IMG/VR virus record: IMGVR_UViG_3300046469_000011
Span: 1 to 64,000 of that record
DNA: 64,000 nucleotides
From: a virus
Lineage: Duplodnaviria > Caudoviricetes
Reading direction: 5' to 3' (one strand)
Position numbers and translations under genes: made by a program. Below are positions 56,256 to 64,000 of the stretch, one piece after another; position 1 is the stretch's first letter; each line of letters starts with the position of its first letter. The notes under the pieces were generated by a model. The model did no database searches. It was not told the origin of the DNA and worked only from the letters and a program-made list of their open reading frames with translations.

Positions 56256-56485
56256 GCTGATTGTTCCTCCACGTAATTACCTGCAAGAAAATCACAATTC
56301 TTCAGCGCGTAGGTGCGGAAGTCCAGCTTATCGAAGTCGTAGCAATCTAGAAGCCACTGTGGCTCTGAATGGTAGTGCGAAGAGCCAAAGCGCACCTTGA
56401 TCGGCCATATCCGACGCATAGCTATTTCTTCGCGGTGATTCTTATAAATGAGTGTGGTAGCTAGTCGCTCATCAAATTCATTCAT
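56252..56485 (-). CDS. WYL-like domain protein
   Basis: YKNHREE...RRIWP...FG...YH..QWLL...D.DK...RTYAL. Confidence 0.7.
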   Translation of the reverse strand: MNEFDERLATTLIYKNHREEIAMRRIWPIKVRFGSSHYHSEPQWLLDCYDFDKLDFRTYALKNCDFLAGNYVEEQSA

Positions 56486-57143
56486 ATGGAATCTCCGGGC
56501 CTTCAACAAAGAGCATGTGGAAATTAGCTGTCATCCAGCTATTTACCTCTACCTCGAATGCTTCGAGAGAAACTGTGTTGGCAATAGTCAGATCAACCAA
56601 ATCACGCGGCAACGGCATTTCAGACGGGTGACCATCTGAGGGCAGCCCGCGCTCGATTTCCCATACTTCGCCACCCAATTCATGAACACGTTTGGCTTCG
56701 TTGGGAAAACGCAGATCGGTGATCACAGCAATATCAGCAGACTCTTGTTCTTCGTTGTTATAAAAGGAGTCCGCCCAATCGTCGTAAGGAAGTAGGACAT
56801 CGAGCCAGAAGTCAGCACCGAAAACGTCACGGTGACCTTCTGTCCCGTACCACTTCAGATATTCACGACCACTGATGGACCGCTGAATCGAAAGCGATGG
56901 AATAGAAATATCGATCACACCAATATTCTTTAGCTCGTCGCAGATCACCACAGCATCGTTCATGTTGGTAGCCATACCGAGAGAACGTGCTGCCGATAGC
57001 TTCATCGTGTCAGCAAACGCTCTCTCGGTGGTGACTAGCCCTCTTGATGCCCCCCACTTGGCGATTACATGAGCAGCCGTATTCTTGCCCGATCCCTTTC
57101 GGCCATTTAGACCGATCAGGACCGGATTCAATCGCTTTCTCAT
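56478..57143 (-). CDS. deoxynucleoside monophosphate kinase
   Basis: IGLNGRKGSGKNT, FAD, GTE, ITDLRFPNE, HPSE. Confidence 0.9.
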   Translation of the reverse strand: MRKRLNPVLIGLNGRKGSGKNTAAHVIAKWGASRGLVTTERAFADTMKLSAARSLGMATNMNDAVVICDELKNIGVIDISIPSLSIQRSISGREYLKWYGTEGHRDVFGADFWLDVLLPYDDWADSFYNNEEQESADIAVITDLRFPNEAKRVHELGGEVWEIERGLPSDGHPSEMPLPRDLVDLTIANTVSLEAFEVEVNSWMTANFHMLFVEGPEIPYE

Positions 57144-57857
57144 TTAGCCCCGCCGCATAAAGGGATTGGAGCGCGGAGCGCCACCATTCCCGTTATCGCC
57201 CTGGCGTGGAGCTTCCCCAAGTTCTTTGAGAAAATCTTCATAGCTAGGGGCCTTGGTGAACTGATTCAGATCGTACTTCTCACCTTCGAGCCGCTTCTCA
57301 AGATCAGAAAATTCGACCGGGCCTGAATCAACATCAGCCGGAGTGATGTGGTACTTCGTACTCAGACCATCGCCCTTGCGCTTGATCTTGAAGGGCCGAG
57401 AGCGCAGACCACGGAAATTCCCGTTGATCTCGTATAGCTCTTCGAACACACGGATACCTGATCCCCATACCGCGACCTGGGGTTTATACCCGGTGATGAC
57501 CGGCTTGTTGTCCTGCTTGATGAGTTTCCCATCGTTGTCGCGCTTGAAGATGGGAGCCTCATTCCAGATCAGATTGATAAATCCCTTGAAGCGACGAGGG
57601 AACTTTTTCTCGCATCCTGGGCAGGGTGTTCCATCACCCTCCTGATCGCAGCAGGTCACGTCGCGCCCGAATGAACGATTCTCGACGGGAACCTCGTGCA
57701 TCATCGCCCAAAAGATGTCGTCGTCCTGCTCCAAGAAGCGGACGATGGCCTCTCCGCCATCAGTGAGCCGGAACCAGAGGGCAGATGGTCCTCCTGATCC
57801 CCTTCGCGCCTCCACATCGGCGGCGGCCTGTTGAACTCCTGAAAATCCGCGTGGCAT
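57144..57857 (-). CDS. ssDNA-binding protein (gp32-like)
   Basis: WFRL.DG..AIVRFL, H..C..CPGC, KIKRKG..LSTKY. Confidence 0.75.
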   Translation of the reverse strand: MPRGFSGVQQAAADVEARRGSGGPSALWFRLTDGGEAIVRFLEQDDDIFWAMMHEVPVENRSFGRDVTCCDQEGDGTPCPGCEKKFPRRFKGFINLIWNEAPIFKRDNDGKLIKQDNKPVITGYKPQVAVWGSGIRVFEELYEINGNFRGLRSRPFKIKRKGDGLSTKYHITPADVDSGPVEFSDLEKRLEGEKYDLNQFTKAPSYEDFLKELGEAPRQGDNGNGGAPRSNPFMRRG

Positions 57858-57918
57858 GTCTTTCCTCCTATTGATTTGGGTTACGTGTGGTTACGTCTAT
57901 GACGCCGACCACTATAGC

Positions 57919-58923
57919 CTATGATCTTGCTAAGCGCAACTGCCGCAAGGATGCCGCTTCAGCTACGCATCTGTGGATGGTGTACGGGTGCATTTGCGCG
58001 GGATCGCCATCGTGATCGGGCGCGATGAAGATGGTCATGTACGGCGAGAGAGCTTCGGCTACGGCCTCGGTGGCATCACGGCCTGCCTGATCAGAATCGA
58101 AGAACAGTGTGACCCGCTCGGCACGTTCCTTGATCAGCCGCATCTGTCTATCACCGAAGTATGAACCATTGATAGCTACTGTATTTATATAGCCGTGATA
58201 GTGCATAGCTATCGCATTGTATTCACCTTCGACAATGATCAGATGATCTCGATCAGCCGGAACTCGATAGAGAGCGAAGACGATCTCATTTTTCAGATAT
58301 GGCTCAATGTTCTCATCGCGCAAGTTCAAATACTTTGGCTTGCGATTATTCATGGCACGAGCTTTGATGCCTACGAGATTGCCATTCTCGTCACGGATGG
58401 GAAGCGTGATGCGGTTGTGCTTGGAACTGAAACCGAATTCCCATTCTTCGAGGACTCCCACAGAAAATCCGCGCTCCCACATATATTTCGCCCACGGTGT
58501 ATGAGCGTGAGCTTTCCAATCAACGCGGTAACGATCAAGCACGCTTTCATCAAGAATCACGTTCTCACGCTTGATCACGGGCTTTTTTTCGAGAATCAAT
58601 CTGATCTCTTCGACCATGCTGCGCGAATCAGGGTCGATCCCGGCTGGGGAATACCGCTGCTTGAGCATCCGCGTTGATTCGAGCGGGCTGACGCCGAGAA
58701 TCTGAGCAGCCAGCGAAACAGCATTCCCCTTGGCGTGGCAGGAATGACAGAAGAACGCCGTCGTCTCGTCGTTCATGTAGGCGCTTGGATTTTCATCCGC
58801 CTTCACATGGGCTGGGAGCGGGCAGGAGAATTGCCACTCCTTCTCGGTGGCGCGGCGGACGTTACGAATATCCAGACAGTCGAGGTAATCCTCGACCTCT
58901 ATGCAAGCTGGATCAAAGGGCAT
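57919..58923 (-). CDS. DnaG-like primase (Zn finger + TOPRIM)
   Basis: CP..H.DENPS..CHSC; IIVEG; FFDSDQAG. Confidence 0.9.
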   Translation of the reverse strand: MPFDPACIEVEDYLDCLDIRNVRRATEKEWQFSCPLPAHVKADENPSAYMNDETTAFFCHSCHAKGNAVSLAAQILGVSPLESTRMLKQRYSPAGIDPDSRSMVEEIRLILEKKPVIKRENVILDESVLDRYRVDWKAHAHTPWAKYMWERGFSVGVLEEWEFGFSSKHNRITLPIRDENGNLVGIKARAMNNRKPKYLNLRDENIEPYLKNEIVFALYRVPADRDHLIIVEGEYNAIAMHYHGYINTVAINGSYFGDRQMRLIKERAERVTLFFDSDQAGRDATEAVAEALSPYMTIFIAPDHDGDPAQMHPYTIHRCVAEAASLRQLRLARS

Positions 58924-59728
58924 TCTGTCTTGCCTTCAATATAAATGGATTGCTGCCCATCTTCCATTCATTTATTCTATTCAGCGCCAACTCACAGTAA
59001 GAAAGTTCCTTCTCGATCCCCACACACCTTCTGCCTAATTCCAAACTCGCAATAGCAGTAGATCCAGATCCCAAAAAAGGGTCCAAAACCAAATCACCCG
59101 GCGCTGTATGAGGAAGAATAATACGAGACAAAGCGCCCAAAGGCTTCTGTGCGGGATGTAACACCACCCGTTTCCCGCGACCACCAGATTTACGTGCTTC
59201 CTCAATAGTCGGTTCTTCAATGTCGGACCAAACGTTTGTGGCCCGCTTGTAGGGATTATCTTCCTTGCCTAACCTCTTGATCCAAGATTCGTGATATTTC
59301 TCCGTGCTGTATTGGTGTTCCTTATTCCAGCGATACTGATCAGATTTAGTAGCCCATACGCATTCCTCACGAGTAAATAGCCACCCACGGCGGTTCCCAC
59401 GCCCGCGCTGCTTGTTCCACACAATCATGTCTCGAAAAACAGCTTGCTTTCTCAAAACAGCAACGATGTCAATCAAAGATGACGATTTCTCCCCTACCGA
59501 ACACCACACATAAATCGAAGCATCGGTCTTCAAAACTCTCAATACCTCGATAATCCATTCTTCTGTCCATTTAGCATAATCGCTAACTTTATCCCACTGA
59601 GCAGACAAAACACCCCCGTAAGGCGGATCGCAAATCGCTAAATCAAAAATTGAATCCGGAAACTTCTTTAGCTCGGTAATGCAATCCCCGCAGATCACAC
59701 TATATGATCCATAATCAAGATCAAGCAT
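58913..59728 (-). CDS. N6/N4 DNA methyltransferase (beta class)
   Basis: DPPY, HPAQKP, LDPFLGSGST; lower GC than flanks. Confidence 0.9.
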   Translation of the reverse strand: MLDLDYGSYSVICGDCITELKKFPDSIFDLAICDPPYGGVLSAQWDKVSDYAKWTEEWIIEVLRVLKTDASIYVWCSVGEKSSSLIDIVAVLRKQAVFRDMIVWNKQRGRGNRRGWLFTREECVWATKSDQYRWNKEHQYSTEKYHESWIKRLGKEDNPYKRATNVWSDIEEPTIEEARKSGGRGKRVVLHPAQKPLGALSRIILPHTAPGDLVLDPFLGSGSTAIASLELGRRCVGIEKELSYCELALNRINEWKMGSNPFILKARQNAL

Positions 59729-61043
59729 GGGCACGGGCAAATCCTGATACGCGGTTTTCCATCCACTTGTCAAAGCCCGTGCCGGTTGGCTTTGGCTCCG
59801 GATCACGATCCTCACGCCGCATACGGTCCTGAATCGTCTGCTCGCGGAAATCCTGTAGCTCGTGGTCCCAGCGAGCCTTGAAAGACTTGCGCGGTCCTTG
59901 GCGATTCTTCGAGAGCCGAATCTCCATTTCCTTGCGCTCTTCCATTTCTTCATCCTGGAAAAGCCCGATGACGATATCTGAGTCCTGAGATATGGAGATT
60001 GCATCAGCGACGTTAGCTAGCTCAGCACCGCCTTTAGCCCCCTCGCGATTGGTCTGGGCAGCCATGATGATCGGCGTTCTGAGCCGACGCGCATAGATCT
60101 TGAGATCTTGGGTGATCTCAGAAAGCTGCTGATAGCGCTTCACACCACGAGAAATATTTGATGAGCGCATCAGGCCGACGTAATCAACGATCACCACATC
60201 AGGCTTGTGACGCAAGGTTTCCGCGTACACGTTGTCTGGCGTGATGCGATACATCGAATCGATGATCGAAATGTCGTTCTTGGTGTTCTTCACCCGCTCG
60301 GCGACCTTGCGCCATTCTTTTATGTCATGCGGATCAAGAGAAAGCTGACGCATCTTTGCGTAGTCAATCCGTGATCCCATCACATCGAAGACGCGAAGAA
60401 TGTCTTCCGCTTCCATTTCCAAAGAGAAATACAGCGGGTGGTAGCCCTTGAGATAGAAGTTGAAGGCCAGCACGCGCAGCAGCGTTGATTTTCCAACGTT
60501 CGTGAAGCCCAGAACGGAAATTAGCTCGTGGCGCTTGATCCCATCCGTCAGACGGTCCAGCGTGGGAAACCCAAAAGGAATTCCTGGGTGCCTACCTTCT
60601 GCCTGGCGGCGCTCCTGCTCAACGATCCGCTGCTCCATTTCGGAATACCGGGCGACCTTCCCTGACGGAATGACCTGGATCAGCTTTTGGGCGGCTTCGA
60701 GAAGCTCTATGTCGATGTTCTCAGCCCGTTCGCGGTCATCAGCGGCCTGAGCCACTTCCACGAGGATGTCATCAGCCATCCGCCGCTTTACTTGGACCGT
60801 GAAGCGATCTAGCAGGAAATCCAGAGAATCCTGCATCTGCAACCACTCGAAATCGGGTCGATCAGTCTTAGCTACTTCAAGGCTGGGGCACGACTTGTAT
60901 TTGCGAGTGTGGCTGACAAGATAACGGTACATATCCCGGCATTCTTCATCAGCGAAATGATCTTCATTTATGTTGCGGGAGATTGCTTCTTCGATTTGTC
61001 CAGTAAATACGAGCTTTGTTACTAAAGCGCGTTCTATATCCAT
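59721..61043 (-). CDS. dnaB: DnaB-like replicative helicase
   Basis: GFTNVGKS, FSLEM, VDY, AQTNR, QDSD, KNRQG. Confidence 0.9.
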   Translation of the reverse strand: MDIERALVTKLVFTGQIEEAISRNINEDHFADEECRDMYRYLVSHTRKYKSCPSLEVAKTDRPDFEWLQMQDSLDFLLDRFTVQVKRRMADDILVEVAQAADDRERAENIDIELLEAAQKLIQVIPSGKVARYSEMEQRIVEQERRQAEGRHPGIPFGFPTLDRLTDGIKRHELISVLGFTNVGKSTLLRVLAFNFYLKGYHPLYFSLEMEAEDILRVFDVMGSRIDYAKMRQLSLDPHDIKEWRKVAERVKNTKNDISIIDSMYRITPDNVYAETLRHKPDVVIVDYVGLMRSSNISRGVKRYQQLSEITQDLKIYARRLRTPIIMAAQTNREGAKGGAELANVADAISISQDSDIVIGLFQDEEMEERKEMEIRLSKNRQGPRKSFKARWDHELQDFREQTIQDRMRREDRDPEPKPTGTGFDKWMENRVSGFARAHA

Positions 61044-61046
61044 TGA

Positions 61047-61316
61047 TCATTCAGGCTGATCGAGATCGGGGTAATGGAATCGCCACGAGCGATCCGGGCC
61101 GATCACGTTGATTTCCTTTCCCTTGCATTCCAAATACGGAATGAAGAACCTGTCCGTTCCCGTGTAGGGCAATCCGCCAATGAGGATTCGCCCCATCGCC
61201 ACCTGAGAGCGGACGATACTGGCCGGGGTGCCAAACTCCTGGCTGATCACCCGGACGATATCCACACCGGCTACATATGAATCTTGATGCTGAAATTCAG
61301 GACGCTCAGTTGCCAT
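61047..61316 (-). CDS. hypothetical protein
   Basis: Tiles in operon. Confidence 0.6.
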   Translation of the reverse strand: MATERPEFQHQDSYVAGVDIVRVISQEFGTPASIVRSQVAMGRILIGGLPYTGTDRFFIPYLECKGKEINVIGPDRSWRFHYPDLDQPE

Positions 61317-61908
61317 TTTGAGTCAGTTGCTCCTGAATTGATTCGAGAACGATATTTCGCTGAACGGCAATCACGTCGCGCTCGACGATCTCCGCAAGCT
61401 CGTTCATAGCCTTGGTGAGAGTCTCATTCTCCTGATCTGAGAAATACTTCTCGCTGGTGCGATCCAGATCAACGAATGCGGTGATCTGAGCAGGACCAAC
61501 GGATACGTTCGCGTACTGGCCTGTGGGGATTAGCTCAGAAGCGGTCATGGTGATTTTTGCCAGAGGCTTGCCGCTGGCGTTGGTCGGCCAGGAAAGCTCA
61601 GCCGCATCGGTGTTATCCCGTGCCCGCTTCGCGGCGCTTTCGGCCTTGGCCCGACTCTGGACATCAGGAGTGGCAGCGGGCGGAACAGATGGGGACGCCT
61701 GGGGCTTCTCCTGGGCCTCGGCTTCGGGCTTTTCCACGGGCGGGGCAAAAACCCCCGGCTTCGGTCGAGGACGCGGAGCTTGAGGCACTTTCGATTCCCC
61801 CTCTGCTGGCAATTTGGTGGTCTTGTGTGTGTCGCAGCGCTTCGGCGGACGGCCTCGACCTGAATATTCCAGAGGCTTGCCGCAGATTTCGCAGTTGTAT
61901 TCGGCCAA
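61306..61908 (-). CDS. hypothetical protein with N-terminal Zn/GRPP motif
   Basis: CEICGK....GRGRPPKRC..H. Confidence 0.7.
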   Translation of the reverse strand: MAEYNCEICGKPLEYSGRGRPPKRCDTHKTTKLPAEGESKVPQAPRPRPKPGVFAPPVEKPEAEAQEKPQASPSVPPAATPDVQSRAKAESAAKRARDNTDAAELSWPTNASGKPLAKITMTASELIPTGQYANVSVGPAQITAFVDLDRTSEKYFSDQENETLTKAMNELAEIVERDVIAVQRNIVLESIQEQLTQNGN

Positions 61909-61909
61909 T

Positions 61910-62251
61910 TTAGATCTCTTCCAGTCTTGATCGCTTTATGCTGTGTGGTCGGCGCATTTTTTCGATGGCCTTTTCGAGTTCCTTCTCGGTTGGGTTCCAG
62001 TGAACCAGACCCTTGCCTGAGCGTCGATCTGTCTTTCGCATCCACTCCCTGATGCCCTCGATCTGCTCGGGCGTCCAGTAGCGCCAGTTGGAGCGCCCCC
62101 GCTCCGACCGCAGATGCTCAGGCAGCACCTTGTCTTGCTCCCACTTGCGGATCGTCCCAATCCGGCGATTGAGCATCTGTGCCGCCTCCCGTATGTAGAT
62201 GCGTCCTGCCTCGACTTCTGGCATGAATGCGATCATAGCACCAAAGATCAC
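61910..62251 (-). CDS. MerR-like HTH protein
   Basis: IREAAQMLNRRIGTIRKWEQ...R...WRYWT. Confidence 0.8.
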   Translation of the reverse strand: MIFGAMIAFMPEVEAGRIYIREAAQMLNRRIGTIRKWEQDKVLPEHLRSERGRSNWRYWTPEQIEGIREWMRKTDRRSGKGLVHWNPTEKELEKAIEKMRRPHSIKRSRLEEI

Positions 62252-62265
62252 AGGTGTCCAAGAAC

Positions 62266-62296
62266 AAGAAAACCCCGCTATTTGCGGGGCTTTCTC
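62266..62296 (-). terminator. intrinsic terminator (possibly bidirectional)
   Basis: GAAAACCCCGC-TATTT-GCGGGGCTTTC hairpin. Confidence 0.7.
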
Positions 62297-62304
62297 TGAA
62301 CCAC

Positions 62305-62333
62305 TTGACGGCCTGGTGGACGCCGACTAGGGT
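62305..62333 (+). promoter_or_regulatory. sigmaA-type promoter firing against the replication block
   Basis: TTGACG-N17-TAGGGT. Confidence 0.6.
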
Positions 62334-62339
62334 TCTGAA

Positions 62340-62710
62340 TCACCGAGAGATCCACGCACAGCCTAACACATAGCGGCTATATGTCTAGTGCGGTACAAAG
62401 CCCTGTAGTTAGAACCTAGCTACAGAAGAGAGGCCAAGTGACTGACGGCCCTGGGTGCTACAGCCAAAGCCCTTCTGCTGGGAGGGAGTCGCCGCTATGA
62501 ATTCCCAGATCCACATGCCCCGTCGCAGTCGCGCAAGCGAGGGCGGGCGCAGACGAGTGAGAAGCGAAAGCTCTCCGGACGATAAAGCTGCACCTGGGCG
62601 TCCTTTCGTCTGCGCGGTGAATAATCACCTGGGCGACGTTCCCGGAGAACTTCGACCCATCGCTTTCCCGGCAAGGGGGCGGTGGGTTCAGTAGCCCAAA
62701 GAGGGGAGAG
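62340..62710 (+). ncRNA. candidate structured non-coding RNA (ends approximate)
   Basis: Downstream of promoter; nested stems, GNRA tetraloops; no convincing CDS. Confidence 0.5.
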
Positions 62711-62712
62711 GG

Positions 62713-63129
62713 TTATGGTTTCAGCGCTTCGCGAATGGCTCGTCGGCAAAGTCCGTCAGCTTCTACGTTTTGCTCTCGCGGAATCCACTGGATTGAAACC
62801 GAGCGAAACCGGCTGGCTTCTTCCCACACCTGATCTCGAAGTTTCTGAAGTTCCCGGTTGCGGCAAGTCCATTCCTCCCGAAGCTGATGAACAATCAGTT
62901 TGGAATCCGAGAAAATTTCGAGATCCGTCGCGCCGATCTCTGCCGCGAGGCGAACTGCCAGCAAAGCGCCGTTGTATTCGCCGACATTATTCGTCGTATG
63001 AGGCGGAAGTAGCTTTGTTTTCTCGAAGTATTCGTTATTCGAGCGCAAAACACACGCTGCCGCCTGAATGCGGGATGAATTTCCGCTACCGTCGATATAT
63101 GCCGTAGCGAATACCCTATTCGCCGACAT
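62713..63129 (-). CDS. rnhA: ribonuclease HI
   Basis: YIDGS, TNNVGEY, SDSKLI..Q, WIPREQNVEAD. Confidence 0.9.
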   Translation of the reverse strand: MSANRVFATAYIDGSGNSSRIQAAACVLRSNNEYFEKTKLLPPHTTNNVGEYNGALLAVRLAAEIGATDLEIFSDSKLIVHQLREEWTCRNRELQKLRDQVWEEASRFRSVSIQWIPREQNVEADGLCRRAIREALKP

Positions 63130-64000
63130 AGTTGAGGATATCTCGGCGATTTACGTCGAATATCTCGTAGCCATGCGCGGCGTAGACCCTATTTCGGCGC
63201 ACATGCCATTGGGCGTTCAGAGGTTCGCAGTCGATGTCGTGGAAATCGAACACACGAGCTTCGTCTTTATCGTGGTGGAACCTCGAAACGCGGCCAACCT
63301 GCTGCTCAATTAGACCGGGATTGCGCTGCGGGAAGGCCAAAAACAGTCTGTCGAGGCGGCGAATGTCGAGAGCTTCGTCAGCCAGAGTCGAAAGAATGCA
63401 GCATGGCTCGGAATTCGCGTATTCGACAACCCGATTACGCTCTTCTGACGATTCTTTTCCAGTAATCCTGTGAATCGGATACTGATATTCGTTTTCTTCA
63501 AGCAAAGCCTGAATATTGTCCAAATGTTCAAGGCGCTTTGAGAGTACGAGCGTGTGAGTGCCTTCTTCGATCAAGATCGATTTGGCAATGAGCCAGTTAC
63601 GTTCTTCGTCATTGGTCAAAGCCTGGATCATCTTTCCGTAATTTGATGGCCTTCTGCCGCTAGCAGGCCGAAACGGATACCTGAACGTCGTGGGGATGCG
63701 GTAGATGATCGGCTTGATGATGTTATGGACCTCTTCACGCCTCGTCTCGTAGACGATGGGTCCGAGAACTGCCTGCGCCAGAGCGAAATCGCCGGTCTTG
63801 TCAGGCGTAGCACTTACTCCTATACGCCATGTGGAACTAAACCTATCTACAAGTCTATTGTATGTAGATGCTGTAGCATGATGGCATTCATCTAGACACA
63901 TAAATCCAAATGAATCGAAGAACCCAAGGTTTTCTAGCTCTTCGTATCTATTGTTCAACGTCTGAACTGTAGCTATATTTAGATGTTTAGTAGTGGCGAA
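63116..64000 (-). CDS. SF2 (DExH, ResIII/UvsW-like) helicase, 5' end outside the window
   Basis: IATVQTL, LDECHH, GVSATPD, QQVGRV; frame open to the window edge. Confidence 0.9.
   Translation of the reverse strand, partial: FATTKHLNIATVQTLNNRYEELENLGFFDSFGFMCLDECHHATASTYNRLVDRFSSTWRIGVSATPDKTGDFALAQAVLGPIVYETRREEVHNIIKPIIYRIPTTFRYPFRPASGRRPSNYGKMIQALTNDEERNWLIAKSILIEEGTHTLVLSKRLEHLDNIQALLEENEYQYPIHRITGKESSEERNRVVEYANSEPCCILSTLADEALDIRRLDRLFLAFPQRNPGLIEQQVGRVSRFHHDKDEARVFDFHDIDCEPLNAQWHVRRNRVYAAHGYEIFDVNRRDILNYVGE

Larger units (their letters stand above)
1..64000. mobile_element. Segment of a large tailed dsDNA bacteriophage genome, probably infecting an actinobacterium
   Basis: TerL, portal, lysin/holin, DnaE/DnaB/primase/SSB/RecA-like genes, dense small ORFs, two convergent transcription blocks, no host housekeeping operons. 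Confidence 0.95.

Noticed and set aside
1-64000. Genome-wide TAG recoding
   Set aside because: Only one in-frame TAG was found; many genes end cleanly in TAG next to the following start (e.g. 951, 14509, 32203).

Overview
A 64-kb internal segment of a large tailed dsDNA phage genome, GC-rich by eye (about 55-60%). The Ku, DUF1906 lysin, Rpf-like gene and sigma-A-type promoters suggest an actinobacterial host. No integrase, tRNA, rRNA or CRISPR array was found. (1) 1-16.9 kb, + strand: dense small early genes, a MoxR-type AAA+ ATPase with its partner, Ku, a DUF3631 P-loop protein, a solitary MbcA/ParS-like antitoxin domain, HTH/AT-hook proteins, a lysis cassette and a secreted Rpf-like transglycosylase. 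(2) 17-46.8 kb, - strand: terminase, portal and two paralogous fibre-like modules. One ends in a 2734-aa protein of about 100 20-21-aa Ser/Asp repeats; the other carries triple C1q and GH26 domains. Between the two modules lies a 4.1-kb, translationally coupled operon of 15 small Arg/Lys/His-rich protamine-like proteins that share short motifs. (3) 46.8-64 kb, - strand: replication and recombination genes (RusA, Cas4-like nuclease, RecA-like, DnaE, dNMP kinase, SSB, primase, DNA methylase, DnaB, RNase H, SF2 helicase). Best candidates for undescribed biology: the basic-protein array with its UUGGCG-loop/antisense-like element, a promoter-driven GNRA-rich structured RNA next to RNase H (62.3-62.7 kb), and the repeat-templated fibre modules. 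All calls come from motif recognition by eye; no searches were run.
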